Source of the DNA: an uncultured Nitrospiraceae bacterium
GTDB lineage: Bacteria > Nitrospirota > Nitrospiria > Nitrospirales > Nitrospiraceae
Length of the DNA: 64,000 nt
NCBI GenBank assembly: GCA_963846575.1
Contig: CAWJWJ010000002.1
Coordinates: forward strand, 416,001-480,000
Direction: 5' to 3'
Every line of letters starts with the position of its first letter. The first letter of the stretch is position 1. The notes under the pieces are model-generated. The model made no database searches. It was not told the origin of the DNA and saw only the letters and a program-made list of their open reading frames with translations. A program made the position numbers and the translations under genes. Shown here piece by piece: positions 30,430 to 40,412 of this stretch.

Positions 30430-31221
30430 TCAACCAAGAGTTCGTGACATGATGTCGGTAGAAATCACGTGCGCCACGTGGATCACCCGCGAAGGTGCAA
30501 GGCCTCCCCAGCGTCCCCAGGGCCGAAATGTCAACGTCCAGACGCGGCGTGTATTGGCCGACGTGTTCGTATGGGCGGTGTGCAACGTCAGCGCACCATG
30601 GACCATGGCTCCCCCTGCTGACAGCGGACAGTTCACTGCCTTAGACGCATCCACATAATCCGTCATCAAGGATGAGGGATCATTGGGAAAGAAGGGGCGA
30701 TGCGGCAGGACGGCTTGATTTCGCTCCAGAGGGATATACTGCATACACCCGTTTTCGGTACCGACATCGTGCAAGGGAATCCAAAAGACGATGCTGTTGT
30801 GGCGACTGTACTTTCCATGAAAGCCTGCGTCCTGATGCCAGGGGCTCCCGACGCTACCATGCGCTTCCTTGTAGAGAGCTCGATCGTTTCCATAGAGGGC
30901 CGTGGGCCCGAGCAATTGCCTCGCGATAACCTGACAGGATTGAAAGACGCGAGTGTTGAGTAAGGCAGGCACTAGCCGCGTCGGTCGGTCAATGGCTCCA
31001 TAGGCAAGCCCTTGGTCAGCATACAGGCGGTCAATCCTACTGCCTATCCACGCAATCTCGCTCCGCCTGGTGAGTGTAGGGACGCGTAAGAAGCCTTCTT
31101 CTCGGTATCTACTGACCTCTTCCCTTGTCAAAATTCGGTGCCCGTATCTGTCGAACTGCAGAGACACATGAGAAGGCAGGAAAGTAGTATGTATGCGTGG
31201 CTCCAAGGTCGCAGGGTTCAT
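30430..31221 (-). CDS. Phytanoyl-CoA dioxygenase (PhyH)-family Fe(II)/2OG oxygenase
   Basis: YREEGF, PWHQD, WIPLHDV..ENGCMQYIP, LH...N.S...RR. Confidence 0.88.
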   Translation of the reverse strand: MNPATLEPRIHTTFLPSHVSLQFDRYGHRILTREEVSRYREEGFLRVPTLTRRSEIAWIGSRIDRLYADQGLAYGAIDRPTRLVPALLNTRVFQSCQVIARQLLGPTALYGNDRALYKEAHGSVGSPWHQDAGFHGKYSRHNSIVFWIPLHDVGTENGCMQYIPLERNQAVLPHRPFFPNDPSSLMTDYVDASKAVNCPLSAGGAMVHGALTLHTAHTNTSANTRRVWTLTFRPWGRWGGLAPSRVIHVAHVISTDIMSRTLG

Positions 31222-31326
31222 GGCTACACCTCCAGAGAGCCCTAGGCTATCGAGGAGTTAAGGATACAGCTAGCCTACAGAAGGGATCGGACAGATCCCT
31301 TAGAGGTAGGCTCCACTGAAGCGTGA

Positions 31327-31821
31327 TTATCGGCTGAGTTCCGCGACACGCAGGTCGCGTTCTTTCATGTTGCGTGCCGACGTGAGGTCAGGGTGCCCCA
31401 ACAGGGTGTGCAATACCTCCTGTCGGAGTTGCCCTCGCAACGCTTTGCTCGCCATGGAAGAGACCGCAGGATCTTGCAAGAGGTTTAGCCAACCAATGGT
31501 AGCGGCATCATAGCGGCTAGTGGGCATAGCCGTGTGCAACTCCTGAAACACCCGAATCGCATCGGCACGATTTTCGAAAAGGGCCACCAACCCGCGGGCA
31601 TAGTACGCATCTTCACACGCAGACCCTTTGTGACAAGTTTTCATTCGAGTGTCCTGTGCCTGGGCAATCGCCTTGAGCGGAGTGAGTTCGGCCGCGTCGC
31701 TGGAAAAGTAGGCGCTACTCGGTAGGGTCGTGGACGAGCCAGCCTTCATCATCGTACAGCCTGCTATCCCCCCGGCCAGGAGGACCCCGAGTGCAAAACC
31801 GAGGATCGTTCGTTGGGACAT
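31327..31821 (-). CDS. Putative lipoprotein
   Basis: Lipobox IAGC; AGGAGG RBS. Confidence 0.65.
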   Translation of the reverse strand: MSQRTILGFALGVLLAGGIAGCTMMKAGSSTTLPSSAYFSSDAAELTPLKAIAQAQDTRMKTCHKGSACEDAYYARGLVALFENRADAIRVFQELHTAMPTSRYDAATIGWLNLLQDPAVSSMASKALRGQLRQEVLHTLLGHPDLTSARNMKERDLRVAELSR

Positions 31822-31967
31822 GGCGTGCCTCCTAAAAAGTGACGGTGTAGGCTTGCGTTTACTATCTCTGTCGACACTCTGATTGTAGCGATGAACTTCG
31901 ACCGGTCATGATGCGGAGGATGTACTGCTTCGGTACGGTGTCTCTCGGCAAGCAAGATTAAGGCGAG

Positions 31968-32174
31968 CTAGTAATGCTGAGCATGAGTCATCTCTGAGAG
32001 GGCCGGCACTCGTGCCGCCTGGGGAGTTGATTGCAGACGATTCTTTTCAATTGTGGGATCCGTGACATGCCCGCAATTCATGCAGCGGATCGTGCTCACC
32101 CACATCCCTTGGGTCTCTCCGAGATCACAGCTCAAATCCCCAACCATCAACCCCTGGCATCGTGGACAGGTCAT
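31968..32174 (-). CDS. Small zinc-ribbon protein
   Basis: MTCPRCQGLM...RCMNCGHVTDP; GAGGGGG RBS. Confidence 0.7.
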   Translation of the reverse strand: MTCPRCQGLMVGDLSCDLGETQGMWVSTIRCMNCGHVTDPTIEKNRLQSTPQAARVPALSEMTHAQHY

Positions 32175-33207
32175 GCATCACCCCCTCGTGACATGTGATA
32201 CATGAAGTCTATCGGGTTGGAGCGATTGCGATAGACCTGAAGGCAGTACTGCTTAAGAGGACACTACGCCCCTCAGACCGCCCAGTCCGAAAGGGGGCTA
32301 CATGGCTTCGTGACTAGTTGGGTGACTATCGCCGCACCGACCTTCCTCACCATTGCTGAGGCGTGCGTGGTTAGCACCTGTTGGCCCGCCGTAGATCTCA
32401 GCACACCTGCCCATCCAAAGGGACAATGTCCTCACCCGCCTCTGAACGATCTTCGCGAGGATGAGCGGCGTAGGGTGCCACCGTCTGCTGCCCACGCATG
32501 CAGTTTTTCGGGCCAGCACAGCAACTAAACCGGGAGAGGGACCGTAGAGGAAGAAACGACAATCAAACCAAAATGTGCTAATGCAAACCTGTCTCAGTGA
32601 AGGGGTTCACCCCAGAGCACTGTGGCTAAACTGTAGCAGCATTATCCTTCAGGTTTGATCGGTTCTTCTCCTGTCTCTGATTTTTGGGTAAGTACCGTGA
32701 CGGGCAATAAAGAACACTGGGGGGCCTTGGCAACTGCTTAGGTGAACGCGAGAAAGCGATCGCAGCCTTTGATGATATCGGTCAGCACGACCAGTCCACA
32801 GAGCGAAATGCACTAATCGAGCCCGGCGGTGGCTACGACATGCTGCTGACATCCGTACGCGCAGACGAAGAGCTTGAGACCGCGACTCACGAGTACCTGC
32901 ACCCTTGCGTCATCGAGGTTTTTCACGCCCTCATCAATGAAGTACAAGTACACTCAAACCCTGCCAGCTCGGGGAGCTGTATGAGCGGCATGGCCGTCCC
33001 AAAGACGCCCTTTGCCATTACGCGGCGGCCAAACGGTGCCATCCAGGGCCACACTAAACCCAAGTGTCATTCGTCTTAATCAGATGCTGGTGCGGAGACC
33101 AGAGGCCTCGCCCGCGATTCACGAAGCCATGCTCGAAGATTACAGCGGGAACACATCGGACCTTGCGCCCGCGCATCGAGGACCAAGGAGGGCAAGATCA
33201 GGAGCGG

Positions 33208-33254
33208 AAAGAAAAAAGGCGGCCTCCCTGGGGTCTGTCACCAGAGAGACCGCC
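33208..33254 (-). terminator. Intrinsic terminator (minus strand)
   Basis: GGCGGTCTCTCTGG-loop-CCAGGGAGGCCGCC-TTTTTTCTTT; mismatches are G:U pairs only on minus strand. Confidence 0.65.
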
Positions 33255-33706
33255 GATCACAATGAAGGGTCTGCTGCGGAAGCCGCGGCGTCTCAGCCGC
33301 TTTTTATGCGAGGCATTCCAGCGACTTCTTTCCGTACTCTCACCAGCTAGTATTGGGGGCAGATGAAGAGGAATCTCAGTCTGTACTCCGGCTGCCGCCT
33401 GTCACTCATCGACTCTTACCTCGCGAGGGTCTTCCTCCATTCCATTCGGCACGAGTGCACCGACGCGGAGGCGATTAAGGCCTGTGCGACCCTATCTGAA
33501 CCGTTCGGATGCGCGAATGTGAAGGATGCTTGACGCCTCGTCGACTCGTGATAGGGTGACCCAGTAACGGACACCGCCACTGCGGACGGACGGGCGCCAG
33601 GGCGGACTCTCCCCCTTTGTAACCCTCTTCCCCACAGCCGGGCTCACACAGTCGACATCGGCCACGCCGATGCCTTGTTGACCAATCTCCATGAAGGAAC
33701 CACACG

Positions 33707-35080
33707 ATGCACTCACTGCGTCATCAGTCTCGGATCGCCATCGAACGCCTCGGTCTGGTGAGTGGTCATGGCCACACCACGGAATGCCGGGTCTTAGATT
33801 TTACCGAAGAGGGATTCCGTCTTCAGACAGACGCGCTGTCCGTCCTGGTGGGCGACGTCGTGCACCTGACCTGTGCTCTGGGTGCCCACGACAACATCGA
33901 GTGCCGCGTGGTTGTGACGCATCTTCATCCGTCGGGCGTGGGGACACAGATCGTCGACATGTCGACCGAACACCGGGCGCGGCTTTCGCAGTTCATTGAG
34001 GATGTAATCACCGTCAATATCACGGACACGGTCGTGGTGGATCACGAGCCCCAACACAGGACACCTCGGATTACGTCGCATCCGGTGAGTCACCTGGTGC
34101 CCCTCCTTTGCCTCTGCGGCGTGATCGTGCTCGTCAGTGCCATTACGCCAGCGATCAAATATACGCTCCAGCATAGTGCCGTTGATTTTTTGGAACTGGC
34201 GACGAGCCGGGTCGCCATTGGATTTCTGTTTCTGGCGGGGATCACGGTCTGGTTTGATTTACCGGGTCTTCGATCGCTGACCCCGCGCGAGGTGGGAAAG
34301 CTGACGCTCTTAGGACTGCTGGGCGTCGGCGGGTACCCCATCGCCGCGTGGGGGCTGGTCTATACGAGCGTTACGCATTTCGCCATTATTTACAGCTTGC
34401 TGCCCACCTTTACGACGATGTTGAGCATCGCGCGTGGCAGGGACCACGCCACTGTCGCGAGTGTGACTGGCCTGCTCCTGTCCTGGGCTGGCTGTCTGCT
34501 GGCCGTCCTAGCCAGCCCCACCGTTTCAGGCAAGGGGTGGGGCGTGGGAGATGTCCTGATCTTGCTGTTTACGTTGATGATGTCCTGCTACCTCGTCGTG
34601 AGCCCGAACACCATCAAGCGAGTGGGGGTGTGGACGGCAAATACGATGATGTTTGGCACGGCCTCACTCGTCCTCCTGTCGGGCGAGGCGGCCCAAGGCA
34701 CGCTATTCCTGCATGATCTGCCCGCTATGGTGTATGGCTTGCTCTTCTTCATCGGCACCGCCACCGCTGGGGTCTTCTTGTTGCGCTCTCGGGCGCTGCA
34801 ATCGCTCTCGCCAGCCGTGGTGGGTGCGTACCACAATCTCATTCCGATCTGCACCATTGGCTTGGCCTATATGTGGTTGAGCGAGGCCGTCACCGTCTCT
34901 ACCTGCCTTGGCGCGCTCGCCGTCGTAGCGGGGACCGAATTGATCCGACGTGCCCCGTGCTTCGGTCGGCAGGGACGCCACCCGTCTGGCGTCGGACTGA
35001 CATGTCCCCCGTCATCAAGCGAGACGATGTTCAAGGGAGACCCAGCAGGCCTACCTGATCTCCCTGCGAGGGTCGCCTGA
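33707..35080 (+). CDS. PilZ-domain / EamA(DMT) transporter fusion
   Basis: N-terminal RHQSR and DFTEEG motifs + GVGTQIV; C-terminal ~10-TM double EamA; AAGGA RBS. Confidence 0.78.
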   Translation: MHSLRHQSRIAIERLGLVSGHGHTTECRVLDFTEEGFRLQTDALSVLVGDVVHLTCALGAHDNIECRVVVTHLHPSGVGTQIVDMSTEHRARLSQFIEDVITVNITDTVVVDHEPQHRTPRITSHPVSHLVPLLCLCGVIVLVSAITPAIKYTLQHSAVDFLELATSRVAIGFLFLAGITVWFDLPGLRSLTPREVGKLTLLGLLGVGGYPIAAWGLVYTSVTHFAIIYSLLPTFTTMLSIARGRDHATVASVTGLLLSWAGCLLAVLASPTVSGKGWGVGDVLILLFTLMMSCYLVVSPNTIKRVGVWTANTMMFGTASLVLLSGEAAQGTLFLHDLPAMVYGLLFFIGTATAGVFLLRSRALQSLSPAVVGAYHNLIPICTIGLAYMWLSEAVTVSTCLGALAVVAGTELIRRAPCFGRQGRHPSGVGLTCPPSSSETMFKGDPAGLPDLPARVA

Positions 35081-35249
35081 AGGCCTCGCATCAGGATGCC
35101 AGGGTCCGGGGCCCGAGCGACGCACCCGTGAACGCTCCCACGAAGCCATCACCATGGGGCGCGGAGCCTGGCCCAATGGTATTCATGGCACATGAAAAGG
35201 GTTACACTACCTCACCGTCAGCAGCGACTGGCACCAAATCAGAGGGATT

Positions 35250-35545
35250 CATTCATGTGGGTACGCTTCGGCAGATGGAAGATGGGAGGTTACAAACCGG
35301 ATGACACCGGCTCCGATACCCACGACCCTTCGAGCGCCATGGCCCACCACGGAAGAGTTCGTCCGCGTCGCCACACGGTCGCGAGGTTGAACAGCCTGTC
35401 CAGAAGGGCGTAGCCACCGAAGAGCCACGCCAAAGCCACCATTGGAGGGAAGCGGCAACAGAAAGGTGATGACACCAATGAGAACGCTCACGTGCCCTCG
35501 GATCGCGATGCCCCACCAGGTTTCTCGAAGCAAGAACAGTAGCCT
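35250..35545 (-). pseudogene. HdeD/DUF308-family membrane protein remnant
   Basis: WWGIAIRG..SVLIGVITFLLP and ALAWLFGGYALLD...PWWAMALEG in different frames; ends approximate. Confidence 0.65.
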
Positions 35546-36109
35546 GTGAGGTGTCGTTCACCGGAGTCGCTAACCTGAATCGTAACAAGCGGACCTCGTC
35601 AGTGAGCTCCACTATAAAATGAAACGAGAAAGCCCACGGCTAATCCCGCAGTGACCCACCAAAATATTACTACCTCTCGCTTCTTACGTCCTTGGGGAAT
35701 CGGCTCAAAAGTGCGGCCTTTAAGTCTTCAAAAAACAGTTCATGATCGAGACAGTGTTTCCTTTTTTCCAAAGCTAGAGGGATAGGTGGCGTAGCAGTTC
35801 CCTCTGCTTTTTCTTCGAATCACCGTTTGTAACTGGCTGCCCGAATGTGTGCGTGGACCAGATGCGAGTGGCTCTGGGCACGCCGAACCGCTACGCAACT
35901 CACTTGGTGTGCTGGAGGGGATCTCGCAGCTTCAAGCGCCTCGGTCCCAGGAGGGTGCTTAGTGCCTGGAGAGGAGGACTCTAACGCCACAGCCGCAACT
36001 GAGCGCGTCGAGAGACGACCAGTGAGGGTAGAGCGATCAAGACGGTGCGGAACCGATTGATTACCCATGTTCGGCGCACCGGAAAGTGCGATGGGCGTAG
36101 GGAAAGATG

Positions 36110-37066
36110 CTAGGGGGTCAGATCATCGTAGGTGTAGATGGATCGCATATCCAGCACCTCGGAGGGTCGCATCGGGGGAGAAATGAGCGAGTCCATCTGA
36201 TCGTTGATCCGGTGGCCTCGTAAGGCCGATGGCGCACTTTGTGGCGGTGCATAGGACCGTCCGTTTTGCGTGAGCCAGCCTTCCCAGAGGCGGTCCACGT
36301 TGCAGTGATTCAGGTAAAACACCGGGTCGTTGGGAGAGCTCGACGGCAGCATGTCTCCACCCACCCAGACATGCACACGGTTATGGAGCGCCGGCGCGGC
36401 GGGCGGCGCCCAGCCCTCAAGCCGATTGCGGAATCCTGAGGAAGAGGTATCCCAGGGCGCGGTATCATACGGGGTCATGGTCACCACTCCCTGGGTGTCG
36501 GTGGTTGTGGGCAACACTGAGATCTGCGAACCCAACGCACGTCGCAACCCGCGATTCACCTGCACGAGCTGTCCATTGACGTTCGCTTCGATCCGCACGC
36601 GGAAACTGTTGGAGTTAGCCGCGTTGTATCTGAACGGTCCGGTTCTGACTGGACTCCCTGAGCTCCCAAGTGCGTTGGGGGCCCACAAGGCCGATCGCCT
36701 CTGCTCCGCGGGAGACCCCGCACCGTCGGCGGCCCAGTCCCAATATGGCAGCCCGAATGTCGTGTCATTCAGGACTCGCTGAAAATTCAGTTCAAGTTGA
36801 TACAACATGAAGCGGTGCCAAGGGCAAAAGACTGGCCCCCGATGGGCGGCGTTGCGATCACCTTGCGTGGGCGGGGTCAGGGTCGACATGGCTGTGTGGT
36901 GCCAGACGACGAAGAGGTCATAGGTACTCACGAGGCGCGAGGGTCCCGCGATGCCAAGACTCGTGGTCGTGGGACCAGTAAACTCTCGTTTCAGCAGCAT
37001 GACGCCCTGAGTGTACTGTTGCCTCACCGCAGGGTTTGCCAGAACATTGAATCGGGTGACTGCCAT
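36110..37066 (-). CDS. Tyrosinase (type-3 copper, MelC2-like)
   Basis: CuA: WHH, AHRGPVFCPWHR; LPYWDW; CuB: LHNRVHVWVGG, SPNDPVFYLNHCNVD. Confidence 0.95.
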   Translation of the reverse strand: MAVTRFNVLANPAVRQQYTQGVMLLKREFTGPTTTSLGIAGPSRLVSTYDLFVVWHHTAMSTLTPPTQGDRNAAHRGPVFCPWHRFMLYQLELNFQRVLNDTTFGLPYWDWAADGAGSPAEQRRSALWAPNALGSSGSPVRTGPFRYNAANSNSFRVRIEANVNGQLVQVNRGLRRALGSQISVLPTTTDTQGVVTMTPYDTAPWDTSSSGFRNRLEGWAPPAAPALHNRVHVWVGGDMLPSSSPNDPVFYLNHCNVDRLWEGWLTQNGRSYAPPQSAPSALRGHRINDQMDSLISPPMRPSEVLDMRSIYTYDDLTP

Positions 37067-37091
37067 GTGGGTGCTATCCTTCCGGTGGCGT

Positions 37092-37484
37092 CTAGTGATG
37101 CGGGCGAGTGCGTGTAGGCTTCCGTGCCGGACGTCGGCGACGAGTCCGTGGTGCCTTTTTGGAGAAGTCATCGGGGAACACGTCAATGAGTTGTTTTACT
37201 AAATCAATGGCCGAGGCAAACGACATATTCGGCACGGGATGATAATGCACCTGCCCATCATTCGTCACGCCCATATGGCCGGTCACCGCACGCCCGTCCA
37301 CTTCGATCTCATAGTGAGTGCGTACGACAATATGATGGCCCTGATAGTCGGCCTCTCGAACGCTGTCGGTCACAGGGTGCTGGTGTTGCTGCAGGTGCAG
37401 AACGCGGTTTGCATTCTTCTGCACGTAGGAGGCAATGGATTGCACCGTCGGGCGGGGCCGTGCCCGACTCTTGGATTTTGGCAT
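37092..37484 (-). CDS. Putative tyrosinase caddie/copper chaperone (MelC1-like)
   Basis: His-rich; EADYQGHHI...VDGR...HMGV..DG..HYHPVP pattern like caddie proteins; directly upstream of tyrosinase. Confidence 0.6.
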   Translation of the reverse strand: MPKSKSRARPRPTVQSIASYVQKNANRVLHLQQHQHPVTDSVREADYQGHHIVVRTHYEIEVDGRAVTGHMGVTNDGQVHYHPVPNMSFASAIDLVKQLIDVFPDDFSKKAPRTRRRRPARKPTRTRPHH

Positions 37485-38443
37485 ATTGGTCCTCCGATTG
37501 CGGGGTGCTCTCGCGCATCGTAGCTAGATCGGTGAACGAGAGCAACTGCTGAGTATGCGCTGTGTCGATGTGACCACCGTCTAAGAATGGCTTCTACAGT
37601 AGGTAATTCGGGAGCAAGTTGTCCTATCGACCGGAGTGGCGTGGAACCGCAGCCCCAACATGTGCCGTGGTGGGTGCTGTGCTGTTTTCGAGAGCGTTAT
37701 GTGCACCCACAGAAAGCATAGCCCCATGACGAAGAATCAATGCCAGGTCGTCGAATAGTACTACGTGCTCTCGGAGCGCATTGTACGGGTCTAGCCACAC
37801 TCCCTGCGACTCCAGTGAGCCTGTAGTTATAGACTAAGCGCCTGGGAGCTGCTCGTAAGCCTTCGTTGGCCAACAGGTCACTCGCTCCCTCCCCTCTCTG
37901 TCCTTCCCTGCGTTGCATAGAATGGCTCGCCATGCACGCCAAGTACGCTACCCTAATCATTCGTGCCCTCCCGTTAGAGGAGGTAGTGTAGGTAGACGCC
38001 TACAGAGCCCATTGGTTCTATTGGTAGTGAAAGAACAATGCTAATGCTACTGTATTCACCTGGCATGTGTGTTCAGTCACTATCCCTAGTGGCGAACCAA
38101 AGGTGGGCTTAACGTCAATGGATGAAGGATTTTAGACTTCCATGCTGGGGGAGTTCGATGTGGATGGACCCCCAAGGACACCCTGTCGAGCTAAAATACC
38201 GCACGATTAGACTACATCGCACGCTCTGCGAGCGCCCATCATCACGTTAAGGGATTGCTTCGGTCCCCGAAGGTGAATCTGCCAGTACTTCGTAGGCTTT
38301 CTATGTGCCACCGCCTTCATGCGGCTCCATTTCGCGAACTAGGGATCCCACTAGCTTCTACGTCTCTAGGATTTCTGTACCTTCCTTTTGGGAAAATCCT
38401 TAGTCGGAACACCGTCGGCTCTTTCTGATCGGAGGTTGCAGCT

Positions 38444-39958
38444 ATGCCAGCAAAGCACGACCCAATAACGGCGGGCACTCAACTAGAAAAAGAAGCCAAG
38501 CTCCGAACCGTCATTGAGTCGGTCCCGAATGGCATTCTCATGGTTGATGAACAAGGCAAAATCACGCTGTGTAACACGGAAGCCGAACGAATGTTTGGCT
38601 ATGGTCGGAATGAACTATTGAACATGCCCATTGAAACGCTGGTGCCGAAAAAAATCCGTGAAAGGCATCCGAGCTATCGGGACAGTTTTCTGCACGATCC
38701 ATCCAAACGACAAATGGGGGCCGGCCGCGATCTGACCGGCATTCGCAAAGACGGGGCTGAGATTCCCGTGGAGATCGGGCTCAATCATATCAAAACCGAG
38801 CAAGGCCCCTTCGTAGTTGCCTCGGTCGTGGACATAACCGAGCGAAAAAAACAGGAAGAAAAATTTCGCACCATCGTCGAATCCGTGCCGAACGGCATCA
38901 TCATGGTCGATACGACAGGGTCTATCACGCTCAGTAATTCTGAGGCGGAAAAAATGTTCGGCTATGACCGAGGTGAATTGCTCGGCAAGAAAGTCGAATC
39001 CCTGGTCCCCATGCGATACCAGGGCAATCATCCTCGCGACCGGGACCGATTCATTGATTCCCCCCAGAAACGCCAGATGGGAGCGGGTCGTGACCTTTCG
39101 GGCCTCAAAAAGGACGGCACAGAAATTCCGGTTGAAATTGGACTGAATCCGATTGAAACCCCCGAAGGGCGCTATATTCTCGCGTCAATTCTGGATATTA
39201 GCGAGCGCAAAGGCATCGACGACAAGCTGCACAAGGCTTACGAAGAGGTACAGCAGAAAAACCAGGAGATGGAGCAGTTCGTCTACACCGTCTCCCACGA
39301 TCTCAAGGCTCCGCTCGTGACCAGCATGTCCTTTATGGGATTCCTCAAGGAAGACATCGCCGGTCAAAACTTTGAGGAAGTGGCCGACTCACTGGTCCGC
39401 CTGGAAAAGGCGCATAAGCGCATGCAGGAACTCATTGATGACCTGTTGCAGGTGAGCCGCATTGGCCGCATGGAACTCCATTACGAACCGGTGGTGCTCA
39501 AAGAGGTGCTCATGGAAGTGGGGGAGAATGCGGCGGAGCGATTACAGTCCACAAATGCGCGGTTTGAGTATGCAGCCGATTTTCCTGAGCTGATGGCGGA
39601 TCGGAAGCGCGTTGCCCAGGCCTTTGAAAACCTCATCGGCAATGCACTCAAGTATACCGCTGAGGGAGCACAGCCCGTGGTGCAAGTATTGTGGAGCGAT
39701 GCTGGACATGAACTCCATGTGTGCATCAAAGACAACGGCCCAGGGATCGAGCCACAATACCATGCCAAGATTTTTGGGCTATTCCAACGGTTGGATTCCA
39801 GCAAGGAAGGCACGGGCGTCGGGCTCACGATCGTCTCTCGTATCATGCAGCTCCATGGGGGTCGCGTGTGGGTGCAGTCTGCATTAGGCCAGGGCTCTGA
39901 ATTTTGGCTTGCGTTTCCAAAAGTGCCCACGCGAAAGGAGTCCATAAATGCCAACTGA
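38444..39958 (+). CDS. Cytoplasmic PAS-PAS histidine kinase
   Basis: Two near-duplicate PAS/PAC domains; FVYTVSHDLKAPL; GTGVGL. Confidence 0.93.
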   Translation: MPAKHDPITAGTQLEKEAKLRTVIESVPNGILMVDEQGKITLCNTEAERMFGYGRNELLNMPIETLVPKKIRERHPSYRDSFLHDPSKRQMGAGRDLTGIRKDGAEIPVEIGLNHIKTEQGPFVVASVVDITERKKQEEKFRTIVESVPNGIIMVDTTGSITLSNSEAEKMFGYDRGELLGKKVESLVPMRYQGNHPRDRDRFIDSPQKRQMGAGRDLSGLKKDGTEIPVEIGLNPIETPEGRYILASILDISERKGIDDKLHKAYEEVQQKNQEMEQFVYTVSHDLKAPLVTSMSFMGFLKEDIAGQNFEEVADSLVRLEKAHKRMQELIDDLLQVSRIGRMELHYEPVVLKEVLMEVGENAAERLQSTNARFEYAADFPELMADRKRVAQAFENLIGNALKYTAEGAQPVVQVLWSDAGHELHVCIKDNGPGIEPQYHAKIFGLFQRLDSSKEGTGVGLTIVSRIMQLHGGRVWVQSALGQGSEFWLAFPKVPTRKESINAN

Positions 39959-40412
39959 AGCCGTCGCTAGAAGTATGAAGTTTCTCCTGGTTGAGGACGA
40001 TGACGACCACGCCACGATCGTCATCCGATGTCTACGAAGAGAGAATGGTCTCAATACCGTTGACCGCGCCACCGATGGCGTCGAAGCAATCCAATATTTG
40101 AAGGGGGAGGCGCCCTTTCAGGACAAATCGCTGCCAGACGTGATCTTGCTGGACCTGAAGCTGCCCAAAAAAGACGGCCATGAAGTGTTGGCGGAAATCA
40201 AACGGGACGAACGCCTACGGGTGATTCCCGTCGTCGTACTAAGCACCTCCGACGCCGAAAGTGATCGCATGCAAGCGTATCATCTGCATGCCAACAGCTA
40301 CCTGGTGAAGCCACTCAGCGGGGAGTACTTCAAAAAGATGATTCAAGATATGAGTCTGTACTGGGGCAGTTGGAACCGATCCCCCAACATTGCATTGACG
40401 CCTAGTGCCTAA
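39948..40412 (+). CDS. Rcp1-like single-domain response regulator
   Basis: LLVEDD, ILLDLKLPKKDG, PVVVLSTS, ANSYLVKP. Confidence 0.92.
   Translation: MPTEAVARSMKFLLVEDDDDHATIVIRCLRRENGLNTVDRATDGVEAIQYLKGEAPFQDKSLPDVILLDLKLPKKDGHEVLAEIKRDERLRVIPVVVLSTSDAESDRMQAYHLHANSYLVKPLSGEYFKKMIQDMSLYWGSWNRSPNIALTPSA

Noticed and set aside
32575..32645. GCAAACC...GGCTAAA...AGCAGC vaguely like a c-di-GMP-I riboswitch
   Set aside because: Lacks the GNRA-capped P2 stem and the GACGCAAA junction; no downstream gene.
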